Shown piece after piece: positions 1 through 10,253 of a stretch of 64,000 nucleotides of DNA; position 1 is the first letter of the stretch; the number at the start of each line of letters is the position of its first letter. The DNA lies in contig CBDBHR010000026.1 in NCBI GenBank assembly GCA_965205865.1, forward strand, positions 128,001 through 192,000, read 5' to 3'. The notes under the pieces were generated by a model that saw nothing but the letters and a program-made list of their open reading frames with translations, did no database searches and was not told the origin of the DNA. A program made the translations under genes and the position numbers. This stretch comes from a bacterium. Lineage in GTDB: Bacteria > SAR324 > NAC60-12.

Positions 1-14
1 CCGCCGAATTTATT

Positions 15-761
15 ATGGGGACCGACCACATGGGGCGCTCCCAGTTCAGCCGGATCATCCACGGGGCTCGTATCTCGATGGTGGTGGGGGTGTCGGCTTG
101 CGCGCTGGCCCTGTTGATTGCGACCGTCCTGGGCCTGGTCTCCGGGTACTGGGGTGGAAAGTTTGACCTCGTTTTGCAGCGCTTTGTGGACGCCTGGCTC
201 GGGTTCCCCTGGCTATTCATCATCCTGTCCGTCATGGCTTTGATTGGACCAGGGATGGTGCAGGTGATCCTGGTCTTAGGCGCGTTTTGGGGAATCGCAC
301 ACATCCGCATGGTCCGGGGGGTAGTGTTGAGCGCCAAGCAGAATGTATATGTCGAGGCAGCCCGGGCAGTGGGGGCTCCCACCTGGAGAATCCTCATCAA
401 ACATATCCTGCCCCAGGTGTGGGCGCCGATCATTACCATGTTTTCCGTGGCCCTCGGCGGCATTATTCTCGACGAGGCCACCATCAGCTACCTCGGTTTT
501 GGCATCCCTCCGCCCCAGCCGAGTTGGGGGGGTATGCTCAGTCTGGAAGGCAAGAAATACATGTTGCAGGCCCCCTGGCTGGCCTTATGGCCCGGCCTCT
601 CCCTGGCTGTAGTGATCTACGGCATCAACATGTTCGGCGACGCCCTGCGCGACCTGCTCGATCCCAGCCTCCGCGGCGGAGCAGGCCGCTTTGATATGAT
701 GGACCGCTATGGCCCCGTGAAAAAACTCTTCCAACTGATCAAAGGCAAGGTGAAAAAGTAA
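15..761 (+). CDS. ABC peptide/nickel transporter permease (DppC/OppC-like), 5' end probably outside window
   Basis: GTDHMGR, YVEAARAVGA (EAA loop), HILP, LGFG..PSWG, NMFGDALRDLLDP motifs. Confidence 0.9.
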   Translation: MGTDHMGRSQFSRIIHGARISMVVGVSACALALLIATVLGLVSGYWGGKFDLVLQRFVDAWLGFPWLFIILSVMALIGPGMVQVILVLGAFWGIAHIRMVRGVVLSAKQNVYVEAARAVGAPTWRILIKHILPQVWAPIITMFSVALGGIILDEATISYLGFGIPPPQPSWGGMLSLEGKKYMLQAPWLALWPGLSLAVVIYGINMFGDALRDLLDPSLRGGAGRFDMMDRYGPVKKLFQLIKGKVKK

Positions 762-835
762 TAAAGGCACTTCGCTTAAAAGCTCCCGGCTTTCAGCTTA
801 CGCCCTTCCGGAGCTAACTTGCGCAATATATTACT

Positions 836-1055
836 TAACCTGAGTTCGACATAAATCTTCAATAATATGAGTATCCTAGTGTATATTTCATCCTCGCGAA
901 ACTTGTCCCCTCGAAAGCGGGGAGCGGGGACCCGGATTTCAGTCTGGCCGCATACCTTTGGATTCCTGCTTTCGCAGGAATGACAAGGTTTCTCAAAGAT
1001 ATGAAGATTCCATAACATATTGAATTTATTAAATTCTTATCTCGAACTCAGGTTA
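836..1055. mobile_element. MITE-like element with 19-bp terminal inverted repeats enclosing a REP-like palindrome (888-984)
   Basis: taacctgagttcgacataa (836-854) vs ttatctcgaactcaggtta (1037-1055), one mismatch; internal tcatcctcgcgaa...ggattcctgctttcgcaggaatgac. Confidence 0.7.
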
Positions 1056-1296
1056 CCTGGTACCGCGATTCAGAAAAAAGTATCCAAAATGTCATCCCTG
1101 ACTTTACTGGTGCGCCAGCCCGGCCGGATTCAGTCTGCGAGAGAGCCCCTGATAATATTCTGGATGGCTCACTCCTGGATCCCCGCTTTCGCGAGGATGA
1201 CACAGAGGTTTAATTTGATCACTTATTTCTGATTAGCTGTACTTAGCGTCTGAATGAAAATTAGATAACTACATGATATTTATCAGAAAGGAAGCC

Positions 1297-1618
1297 ATGA
1301 CCGCAATTCTTTCAATCGAACAGAAGCAACGGTTGTACCGAGAGGGCTGCGGACAGACCGCGATACACCCAGGGGGTCACCACGTCGCTGAGCGGTTCTT
1401 CAACATGCAACGTGCTTACCGGGGAGCGACTGGGTCCGGAGGGACCCGGCAGGCCCCGGTTCGATTATTCCCCGCCTAGGCGTTGCGGCTCGAAGTTCAT
1501 GCCGGACTACATGTATGACGCGCATACGGACGAGACCTCGGAATGCGCGCCCGGCGGCAAGCGGTGGCCCAAATTGACGCAGCTTCTGGTGGGGTCAAGC
1601 TTGCAAATTGGTAATTAA
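1297..1618 (+). pseudogene. Degraded gene fragment, possibly PhyH-like dioxygenase remnant
   Basis: Two overlapping short frames; N-terminus LSIEQKQRLYREG resembles PhyH-family starts; weak. Confidence 0.25.
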
Positions 1619-1801
1619 TTTGGTTGTGTGGTCGTAATTTGTGAAAAGCCACTCAGACAAAGGATTGAGGTATGGTTCCTTTCTGAGACCTTCCTTGCTG
1701 AAAAGACAACGCATTGCCTTTCAAACCCAGATGAGAGTCAATCCTCAGATGGGTGAAAAACTCCTGCACTTAAATGACAATTTCTTAATACCAATTTGCA
1801 A

Positions 1802-1910
1802 GCCTGACACCATTCCAAGAATGGGTACCGGATTTTATGCTTGACCTTTCCGGGGGCCTGACACCATTCCAAGAATGGGTACCGGATTTTATGCTTGACC
1901 TTTCCGGGGG
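1802..1910. repeat. Perfect 54-bp tandem duplication upstream of SDR gene
   Basis: gcctgacaccattccaagaatgggtaccggattttatgcttgacctttccgggg twice in tandem. Confidence 0.95.
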
Positions 1911-2035
1911 GAGGGGTAAAGCATGAGTTTCTTTCCTCCAATGGTGGGGGAAAGAAGCCGGAAATCCAAGTGGTTTCCGTGGGTACGCAAAAACCCTGGT
2001 ATTCAGGGATCATCCTTCATATATGAGGAGACCAA

Positions 2036-2827
2036 ATGAACAATAAATTAGCAGACAAGATCGCCATTGTGACGGGTGGTAACAGCGGCATCGGCGAAGC
2101 CACCGGCAAAGTCCTCGCCCGCGAGGGCGCCAAGGTCGCCCTATTGGCCCGCAGGCAAGAAAAAGGTCAGGCCGCGCAAGAAGAGATTCGGATGACCGGC
2201 GGCAATGCCACCTTCTTCCCCTGCGACGTGAGCAATCACATCGCCGTCGAGAGGGCCGTCGCGCAAGTAGTCGAACGCTACGGCGGAGTCGATATTCTGG
2301 TGAATAACGCCGGGGGTGGCGCCCTCGGCGGCAAAGCCGGAGAAGCGATGCGATTGGAAGACAATCAGACCTGGGACCGTGTTGTCAGCGTCAACTTGAC
2401 AGGCCCCTTCTACATGACGCGGGCCGTCTGGCCGCATATGGTGTCCGCTGGTGGCGGGGTGATCATCAACATCTCTTCTGGTGCGGCGGGTGGCGGTTTC
2501 ACCCCGAAGCTCCTGGAAATTGGGGGAGGCTTCGACGTGTCAAGCTACTACGCGTCCAAAGCCGGACTCGAGGGGTTGACACGTGTCACGGCTAGCATGG
2601 GAGGACCCGACAACATCAGGGTGAACGCCATTCGACCGCAACTCATTGTGAACAAGCAAGGCCATCATTGGCTCGAAGGGCTACGCGAGCATTTGCAAAT
2701 CCTCAAGGGTCCCCTGCAAGGCGAGGATGTGGCCAATATGATCCTCTTCCTCAGTTCCGAGGACGCCCGCTATATTACCGGGGAAACGATGGAGGTAGGC
2801 GGCGGGTTCATGTACAAATTGCAGTGA
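2036..2827 (+). CDS. Short-chain dehydrogenase/reductase (classical SDR)
   Basis: TGGNSGIG Rossmann motif, NNAG, YYASK catalytic YxxxK; RBS gaggag. Confidence 0.95.
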   Translation: MNNKLADKIAIVTGGNSGIGEATGKVLAREGAKVALLARRQEKGQAAQEEIRMTGGNATFFPCDVSNHIAVERAVAQVVERYGGVDILVNNAGGGALGGKAGEAMRLEDNQTWDRVVSVNLTGPFYMTRAVWPHMVSAGGGVIINISSGAAGGGFTPKLLEIGGGFDVSSYYASKAGLEGLTRVTASMGGPDNIRVNAIRPQLIVNKQGHHWLEGLREHLQILKGPLQGEDVANMILFLSSEDARYITGETMEVGGGFMYKLQ

Positions 2828-3160
2828 TCAAGCTGGGCGACCATACTGACTGACAAAAGTTATTCCGGATGCCCTTATTCATTCCATTATAAGTCAAAAG
2901 AAGACCTGACCCCTTTGTCTTCAAACCAAAGCACTTAAGAATTTACTAGCGCTGATCACGCGAATATCTTCTTTAAGCGATAAAAAATCAATGTCTTCCT
3001 CTCGTACGACCTGGTAACCGAAAGGGATATTCAACCTACGTTTAAAATATTTCAAAGCAGTCGATATATTTTGACTTTTGCTGTAACTATTTAGGTTTCT
3101 TTAGAGACCCCTTCGATTTAAGCACGGAATTTGCATAGCATAAAATTCAGGAAGGATTTT

Positions 3161-4651
3161 ATGCTCTCGAAATTTCAAAAAAAATATATTAATTCCATTT
3201 CATCGACTTCCCTCCTTGAGGCTCTTCAAGAAGCCTGTCAACTCTTTGAAGAAGAACGGGATCAATGGAAGAAAGAGCGATTAAAACTCCTCGAACGTCT
3301 CGAAATAGAAAATAAGCGTATTGAAGCTCTCGAAACAGAAAATAAGCAACTTCGGGATCAGTTGGCTCTCAACAGCCAAAACTCAAGTAAACCTCCTTCC
3401 ACCGATCAAAGTCGAAAGAACAAAAGCTTACGTAAAAGCAGGGGTCGCTCTCGCGGAGGTCAACCCGGTCATAGAGGCCATCATTTGGCTTTCAGTGAAT
3501 CACCGGATCAGGTGGAGTCCCATTCTCCCAGCACCTGTGAAACCTGTGGAGAAGATTTATCCCAGGTGGTGGTTGAGGCCAGGCATAAACGCCAAGTGTT
3601 TGATCTTTCCCCGCTCCAATTAGAGGTCACCGAGCACCAGGTGGAACAAAAAATTTGTCCCTGCTGCCGGCATCTGAATCACTCGAGCTTTCCAGCAGGA
3701 ATAGAGGCACCCACTCAATATGGTCCCCGGATCAAAGGCTTAGCGGTTTATCTCAATCAATATCAGTTTCTGCCCTTTGATCGATGCCAGCAATTCTTTG
3801 AGGATCTGTTCGGCCAGCCGCTCAATGCGGCCACGATTTATGCCAGCCTCCAGCAAGCCGCCCATAGGCTTTATCCCTTCCAACAACAAGTGGCTGAAGC
3901 TCTGATTCAAGCGGAGGTGGTTCATTTTGATGAAACCTCTCTGTTTGAAAACAAACAACGTCGCTGGCTTCATTCAGCCTCTACCGAAGAGCTGACCTTT
4001 TATTTTATCCACGACAAACGGGGTCAAGCCGGAATGGATGCTGCCGGTATCCTGCCTCAGTTTGAAAAGACAGCCATTCATGATCACTGGGAGAGCTACC
4101 AGCATTATGAGTGTGATCATGGCTTTTGCAATGCGCATCATTTACGTGAACTCACTCGGGCCTATCAACAAGAAAAGGCCTTGTGGGCTCAGGAGATGAG
4201 CGACTTACTGGTAGAGATCAAAGAGCAAGTAGACCAAGCCAAGTTCAAAGAACAATCTGCTTTGAGTCCAATCCAACTCGATCACTTCCGGCAACGCTAT
4301 CGTGATATCACCCAAGAAGCCCTTGAGCTCTATCCTCCCCCTCCTCAAACAAAGAAACGAGGACGCCCCAAACAGAGCAAAGCCAAAAATTTACTCGATC
4401 GCTTGATCCTCTATGAAAAGGAAACCTTGTTATTCATGGATGACTTCCGGGTTCCTTTTGACAACAACCAAGCCGAGCGAGATGTGCGCATGGTTAAACT
4501 GAAACAAAAAATCTCCGGCGGCTTTCGAACGGCTGAAGGATCTCAGGCTTTTTGTATCATCCGGGGAGCCATTTGCACTACCAGAAAACAGGGAAAATCC
4601 ATCCTCGATTTGCTCACTCAGGCTTTGCATCCTTTGGCAACTCCTTTATAA
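3161..4651 (+). CDS. IS66-family transposase
   Basis: NSQNSSKPPS, GGQPGHRG, CxxC zinc finger, HFDETS, CNAHHLREL, FDNNQAERDVR motifs. Confidence 0.93.
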   Translation: MLSKFQKKYINSISSTSLLEALQEACQLFEEERDQWKKERLKLLERLEIENKRIEALETENKQLRDQLALNSQNSSKPPSTDQSRKNKSLRKSRGRSRGGQPGHRGHHLAFSESPDQVESHSPSTCETCGEDLSQVVVEARHKRQVFDLSPLQLEVTEHQVEQKICPCCRHLNHSSFPAGIEAPTQYGPRIKGLAVYLNQYQFLPFDRCQQFFEDLFGQPLNAATIYASLQQAAHRLYPFQQQVAEALIQAEVVHFDETSLFENKQRRWLHSASTEELTFYFIHDKRGQAGMDAAGILPQFEKTAIHDHWESYQHYECDHGFCNAHHLRELTRAYQQEKALWAQEMSDLLVEIKEQVDQAKFKEQSALSPIQLDHFRQRYRDITQEALELYPPPPQTKKRGRPKQSKAKNLLDRLILYEKETLLFMDDFRVPFDNNQAERDVRMVKLKQKISGGFRTAEGSQAFCIIRGAICTTRKQGKSILDLLTQALHPLATPL

Positions 4652-4678
4652 TTAAGGTCCCCATAAAGGACCTAAATA

Positions 4679-4826
4679 TACTGTGAACATATGATTTCTT
4701 CATTTTTTTGTCATCCTGAGGGAACCGAAGGATCTTCTTGATTCCCATGAGATTCTTGCTTAGGCAGCCCCTTTAGCTCGGAATAACAGGAATTTTGAAA
4801 AGTGAAATTTAAACCCGTTCAGAGTA
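4679..4826. mobile_element. ~148-bp MITE with TA target duplication (copy 1)
   Basis: TIRs tactgtgaac / gttcagagta flanked by TA; internal gtcatcctgag...ggaataac palindrome; near-identical copies at 29902 and 36931. Confidence 0.85.
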
Positions 4827-5075
4827 TAGTTACTTTTTTTTTTGAATCCCGCATTTATTTTGCCTTGGGGGGTTGACATTGGGTTGTTGTGCTAGGATCA
4901 TGCCATTACTGAGTTGTTTTGGTGACAGAGAAGGTTCCCGATTGATTGAACAATATCGTGAGAGGAATTGAAAACGATTGATCTTCCCCGGGAATCTTTT
5001 TTAATGATATTTAACTAAACGGGTTTTTCAGAGACCTAAATAGTTACCAATCTAAATAAAAATAAAGGAGGACGT

Positions 5076-6941
5076 ATGTCTTTAAAAAAACGAATGAACG
5101 CATGTTTCAAATCAATCCTTAGTTTTAAACATCAAATCGAAAGAAAAAAGATGGATAATCAATGGAGTATTTCAAAATTCAGTGCAACCCTGCTGGCTCT
5201 CATCATGGGAGCAAGCGTCTTCATGGCTGGCCAGGTCTGGGCAGCCGAAATGGTCACAGATCCGACCACTGGTAAAATGGTGAGTGCACCTGAGTACGGC
5301 GGGACAATCACCTATCCCTACATATCAAAAGGCGATACTACGGACCCCTTTATTACTGGCGGCTATGTGCAGTTCCTCATTAATGGCGTTAATGAGCAGC
5401 TCGCCTGGGCGGACTGGGGAATAGATAGGGACGTATGGGACTTTTCAACCTCTTTCGGCTTTAGAGGACCTGCCCTTACAGGGCTGCTGGCGGAAAGCTG
5501 GGAGCAGCCCGACGCTACAACTATCATCTTTCACATCCGCCAGGGCGTTCACTGGCAGAATAAGGCGCCGGTATCCGGGCGCGAGCTAACTGCCGATGAT
5601 GTCGTATATACCTATCAGCGTATGTTGGCTCTGGGCGACTTCACCGAACGTCCCCAGCAAACTCCCAGATTGATCAACCTGCCATGGGAATCGATAGAGG
5701 CCACCGACAAATATACGGTTGTTTTCAAGCTGAAGGAACCAGTGCTCGGTGCGCTGAGGACTATCCTCAGCGAGGCACTGGTTTGGATATTACCCCCCGA
5801 GGTAATCGAGAAATACGGCAACTATGCGGATTGGCGAAACGTGGTCGGCACCGGACCCCTTATGCTGACTGACTATGTCGAAGACGTCTCTAAAACCTAT
5901 GTCAAGAATCCTGACTACTGGGGCTACGACCCAAAATACCCGCAGAACCGCCTGCCCTATATTGACCAGTTAAGGGCCCTGTATATGCCGGAAGAAGCAA
6001 CACGTGTATCGGCACTACGCACGGCTAAGGTTGATATAGTACATGCCGCCGGCGGTGGCACTACTCTGGTAAACCGCGACTTGGTAATGAGCCTCCAGCG
6101 GACCAACCCCGAAGTCCAGGTGACCACTGGTTTCTCACAGGCGCTCGGGTCTTTTCTTCTGAACATGCGCAAGCCGCCCTTTGACGACGTCAGGGTGCGC
6201 CACGCCATGCAGATGGCAATCGACCTCGAGACGATTAACAAGACCTACTTCGGCGGTCTCGCAAAGTGGGAACCCATGGGGACGATAGGGTATGTCTTTC
6301 CGGAGTTGCAAACCAAATTCGAAGACTATCCCGAAGAGGTCAAGCAATACTATAGGTATGACCCGGAAGGTGCCGAGAAGCTCCTTGATGAGGCGGGATA
6401 TCCGCGCGGCGCGGACGGCGTTCGATTCAAGGTCACCCATGACCACCGCTACCCCAACTATGATTTGGGCTATGCAGAAATAGCTGCCGGCTACTGGGCT
6501 GAGATTGGCGTTTAGGTATCGATTCAGAAACATGACACGGCTACTTGGGTCGGTATTTTAGGAGACCATGATTATGAGATGGCCTCTGGCAGCTCGGGCT
6601 TTCTTCACTCCCCTACATTTGGGGTAGAATGGTATCGCCATGAAGGCTCATTTCAACGCGAATATATGTCCGGAATCGAGACCCCTGAGCTGAACGCCGC
6701 CGCTGATGCCTTTTCCGCCGCTACCACCATTGAGGAGCAGAAGAGGCCACTTAAAGAGTTTGATATGCTCTTAATAAAGCAGCACAATCTGATATGGACT
6801 CCCATGGCTCCAATATATCACCTGAACCAGCCGTGGGTCAAAGGTTTTAGCGGTGAATACGGCATGGGATTTGGGGCATTACATTGGATCCTCATCCACC
6901 TTTGGATTGACCAGGAGCTGAAGGAAGAAATGGGCTTCTAG
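5076..6941 (+). pseudogene. ABC transporter solute-binding protein family 5, interrupted by in-frame TAG at 6513-6515
   Basis: PEYGG, LAESWE, VGTGP, DDVRVRHAMQMAID motifs; ORFs 5076-6515 and 6579-6941 share a frame. Confidence 0.88.
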
Positions 6942-6982
6942 TCGGTCACTGGACCCGAGCCCGAATCAGCATGAGCCACCCA

Positions 6983-7017
6983 CCCTCCCATCCGCAATCC
7001 GGGTGGGAGGGATTTTT
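6983..7017 (+). terminator. Possible intrinsic terminator or stabilising hairpin between SBP and permease
   Basis: ccctcccatccg-caatc-cgggtgggaggg followed by attttt. Confidence 0.5.
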
Positions 7018-7150
7018 GGCATGTAGCGGGGCAGGCTTTTCGGCGGAATGACGGGAGTCTGCCCCCGCACCTGATACGGGGTTGGGATATGTCCTGCAAT
7101 GACAAAAGAGGGTTGGCAATGACGGGGAAAAGTGAAATAAGGTGTGTCAC

Positions 7151-8164
7151 ATGAGAGCCTATCTCATCAGGAGATTATTGCTGATAATTCCCACCCTGTT
7201 TATATTGACCATCCTGGTCTTCCTCTCCGTCCGCTTCATCCCCGGCGATGTCATAGACCTGATGGTGGCCAGAAATTTAGGCCCGGATTCGGGATATGGT
7301 GGCAAGATTGACCGTGAAGCACTTGAGCGTTTGCTGGGACTGGACGTGCCGGTCTACGTGCAGTATGGACGCTGGATAGGAGTGTTGCCGACCCCTGACT
7401 GGGTTAGCGGTGAGTCCCACTTGAAAGGTCTCCTCCAGGGCACCCTGGGCGACTCACTGATGGGCGGGCTTTGGACGGTAGAGGAGAAGATCATAGAGAG
7501 ATTGCCGGTAACCATTGAGCTTGGTGTCATGGCAATCGTAATCGGGGTCTTGATAGCCCTGCCAGTCGGCATCTACTCGGCGATTCGCCAGGATACGGCC
7601 GCTGACTATGTGGGGCGCTCCATCGCCATCCTCGGCCTGGCAACGCCTAACTTCTGGCTGGGACTGATGGTCATGATCTACCCGGCAATCTGGTGGACCT
7701 GGTCGCCACCGATGGAGTGGGTTCCTTTCACAAAAGACCCGCTGGGGAATCTCGGCATGCTCCTCATTCCCAGCCTGATTCTGGGGACGGCCTCGTCAGC
7801 CGCCACCATGCGGATGACGCGCACCATGATGCTGGAGGTGCTCCGGCAGGACTATATCAGGACGGCCTGGTCCAAGGGTCTCAAGGAGCGGGTCGTGATT
7901 ATCCGACACACCATCAAAAATGCCCTCATCCCGGTGGTGTCCCTGATCGGTATGCAGTTGCCTATCGTGGTAGGTGGCGCCGTTATCATGGAGAACGTAT
8001 TTATGCTGCCGGGGCTAGGTCGTCTCATGGTGGATGCGCTCAATGACAGAGACTACCCGGTGATCTCCGGAATAAACCTGTTTTTCGGCGTCGTCGTGAT
8101 GGCAAGCAATCTCCTGATCGACCTGATTTATCCCTATTTGGATCCGAGGGTGCGGTATGAGTGA
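7151..8164 (+). CDS. ABC permease (DppB/OppB-like)
   Basis: YLIRRLL..IPGD, LGLDVPVYVQY, LPVTIEL, QDYIRTAWSKGL, DYPVI, LDPRVRY. Confidence 0.93.
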   Translation: MRAYLIRRLLLIIPTLFILTILVFLSVRFIPGDVIDLMVARNLGPDSGYGGKIDREALERLLGLDVPVYVQYGRWIGVLPTPDWVSGESHLKGLLQGTLGDSLMGGLWTVEEKIIERLPVTIELGVMAIVIGVLIALPVGIYSAIRQDTAADYVGRSIAILGLATPNFWLGLMVMIYPAIWWTWSPPMEWVPFTKDPLGNLGMLLIPSLILGTASSAATMRMTRTMMLEVLRQDYIRTAWSKGLKERVVIIRHTIKNALIPVVSLIGMQLPIVVGGAVIMENVFMLPGLGRLMVDALNDRDYPVISGINLFFGVVVMASNLLIDLIYPYLDPRVRYE

Positions 8165-9095
8165 ACCCAAGCGACGGGGCCGGCTGGCCGCATTCTTTAT
8201 CAGGCTGGTCAGGGAGAAGCCACTGGGTACTGCCTGCGGGATTATTATATTGCTCTTGATTCTGGTGGCGATCTTCACCGAGGCTCTGGCTCCTTATCCT
8301 TATATGAAAATAAACATGATAGACAGGATGCAGGGCTCATCCGCCCGGCATCTGCTGGGTACCGACTTCGCGGGGCGAGACATATTGAGCCGCATGATCT
8401 ACGGGGCTCGTCTTTCCTTAGCGGTAGGTCTGGCAGCGACGACCATTAATGTGGTGGTCGCTGTCCTGATCGGCGGCATTTCCGGATTTCTGGGCGGCAA
8501 AGTGGACCTGGCCATGCAGCGCTTTGTCGATGCCTGGATGGCTTTTCCGGGGCTGCTGCTCTTGCTGACCATCATGTCCATCGTGGGACAGGGTCTCCTC
8601 CAGATCATCATCGTCCTGGGGATCACCGGCGGCATCGGCGGCTCAAGAATACTCCGAGGCGCGGTGATCGGCATCAAAGAGAATGACTATTTTCTGGCCG
8701 CCCGGGCTTTGGGTGCCCCCACGGGTCAAATACTGACTCGCCATGTCCTGCCTAATATCATGGCACCGATCATCACCGTCTTCTCAATCAACATCGGTGG
8801 GGTGATTATGGCTGAGGCTTCTCTGAGCTTCCTGGGATTCGGTCTGCCCGTCGAGTTTCCCAGCTGGGGCGGGATGCTCAGCCGGGAAGGACGTCTCTAC
8901 ATGGAGGCAGCGCCACGGCTGGCGCTCTGGCCTGGTCTTTGCCTGACGATTACCGTCTACTCCCTCAACATGTTCGGCGACGCCCTCAGGGACCTGCTCG
9001 ACCCCCGGATGCGGGGCGGTCAGGGCAGTTACGGCGCCGCAAAGAAACGCAAAAGAAGCTTCCTGGTCCGGCTGATCAATCCTTTCAATGGGTAA
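8157..9095 (+). CDS. ABC permease (DppC/OppC-like)
   Basis: LLGTD..GRD, HVLPN, EASLSFLGFG, GDALRDLLDP; overlaps the upstream permease. Confidence 0.93.
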   Translation: MSEPKRRGRLAAFFIRLVREKPLGTACGIIILLLILVAIFTEALAPYPYMKINMIDRMQGSSARHLLGTDFAGRDILSRMIYGARLSLAVGLAATTINVVVAVLIGGISGFLGGKVDLAMQRFVDAWMAFPGLLLLLTIMSIVGQGLLQIIIVLGITGGIGGSRILRGAVIGIKENDYFLAARALGAPTGQILTRHVLPNIMAPIITVFSINIGGVIMAEASLSFLGFGLPVEFPSWGGMLSREGRLYMEAAPRLALWPGLCLTITVYSLNMFGDALRDLLDPRMRGGQGSYGAAKKRKRSFLVRLINPFNG

Positions 9096-9378
9096 GCGCA
9101 CAAAAGGAAACCGTCCCTTTTACCTTCCTGAGAATCACTGTTTTTTATTCTTTGTCAATTTTGGGCCATCGGGAAGAATCAAGCCCGAGAGAATCTATTC
9201 CTTTGCTGTGCGTTTTGGGACAATTCGGGAAAATGTATTGGGATGGCTGGTTTGTTCATCAATGCCTTTTCTTGCGATTCGAGAGCGAGTATGCCAAACT
9301 GAAAACTGATATATTAATAACTTATCAAACATCTTGATTGCAGACATTTTGTGTATACTGCTTAATAAAAGAGGTTCC

Positions 9379-9642
9379 ATGCGAATTACCGTTGATATCC
9401 CGGATAAATTGGGCAAGCAACTGGAACAGATTCCCAATAGCAATCAGTTAGTTGTGCTTGCGCTCCAACAAGCGGTTGAGGAGAAGACAACTCTATCTGC
9501 CCCAGAGGATTTTGAGATGCCAAAAACGATAAAAGAAGCTCTTGAAATGCTGCATAAATCACAACCTTTCCGGGATATAAAAGACCCGGTAGCCTGGCAA
9601 CAAGAAATCAGGAAAGACCGTGAGTTACCTTATAGACAGTAA
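9379..9642 (+). CDS. Putative antitoxin upstream of PIN toxin
   Basis: MRITVDIPD start, C-terminal DPVAWQQEIR; overlaps the vapC-like gene. Confidence 0.6.
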   Translation: MRITVDIPDKLGKQLEQIPNSNQLVVLALQQAVEEKTTLSAPEDFEMPKTIKEALEMLHKSQPFRDIKDPVAWQQEIRKDRELPYRQ

Positions 9643-10057
9643 TATTTATATCTACGCTGCTAACTCAAAAGGCCCCGCAATCAAGTTTCTTTCAGATTTG
9701 CAAGACTCCTTTCATGCCTCTGTGATCCGAATTGAAGTACTCGATTATGATAAAATCACAGAGAAAGATAAAAAGGTGCTTCAATTTATCTTTTCACAAA
9801 GTACCATCCTGCCTCTATCACAAAATATTATAGATAAAGCGATTGAACTCCGATAACAACGCAATATGAAGCTGGGTGATACCATCATTGCTGCCACCTC
9901 TTTGGTACATAATCTCACTTTGGTGACTCGTAATACTGACGATTTTAAACATATTGAAGCCCTCCAACTTCACAATCCCTACGACCCACAGCCGTTGTCA
10001 GTTTCTCCTGTTAATGCGAATATTGAAGATTCCGATGAAAATGAGCCAAATAAATAA
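9620..10057 (+). pseudogene. vapC: VapC/PIN-domain toxin with in-frame TAA at 9854-9856
   Basis: YLIDSNIYI...[26 protein letters not shown]; both halves in the same frame. Confidence 0.85.
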
Positions 10058-10253
10058 ATACGTTTCGAGTAGAGGCAAGACTCGTTCGGGGTTTCTTGCC
10101 CAAACGGCAGTTAAATACATGGCCAATCATTCACAATAGAATCTGCAGTTTTCCCTAAAACTGTGTTATTTAGATTCCTTTGCAACTGAAGAAACGAAAG
10201 GAATTTCCTAATGGACTTAGATTTTGCCAAATACAAGAGTCATCAATTGGAGA

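Larger units (their letters stand above)
3083..5047 (+). mobile_element. IS66-family element (single-ORF type) with two right ends
   Basis: Left end gtaactatttagg at 3083; right end cctaaatagttac ending 5047; a second, MITE-interrupted right end at 4669-4833. Confidence 0.8.

Noticed and set aside
4873-4898. Sigma70 promoter TTGACA...TAGGAT
   Set aside because: The spacer is only 14 nt; at best an extended -10, too weak to call
6513-6515. Amber readthrough or alternative genetic code
   Set aside because: Paralogs have Asp/Glu here (GAG to TAG is one change); other broken genes have TAA stops and frameshifts, and TAG ends intact genes
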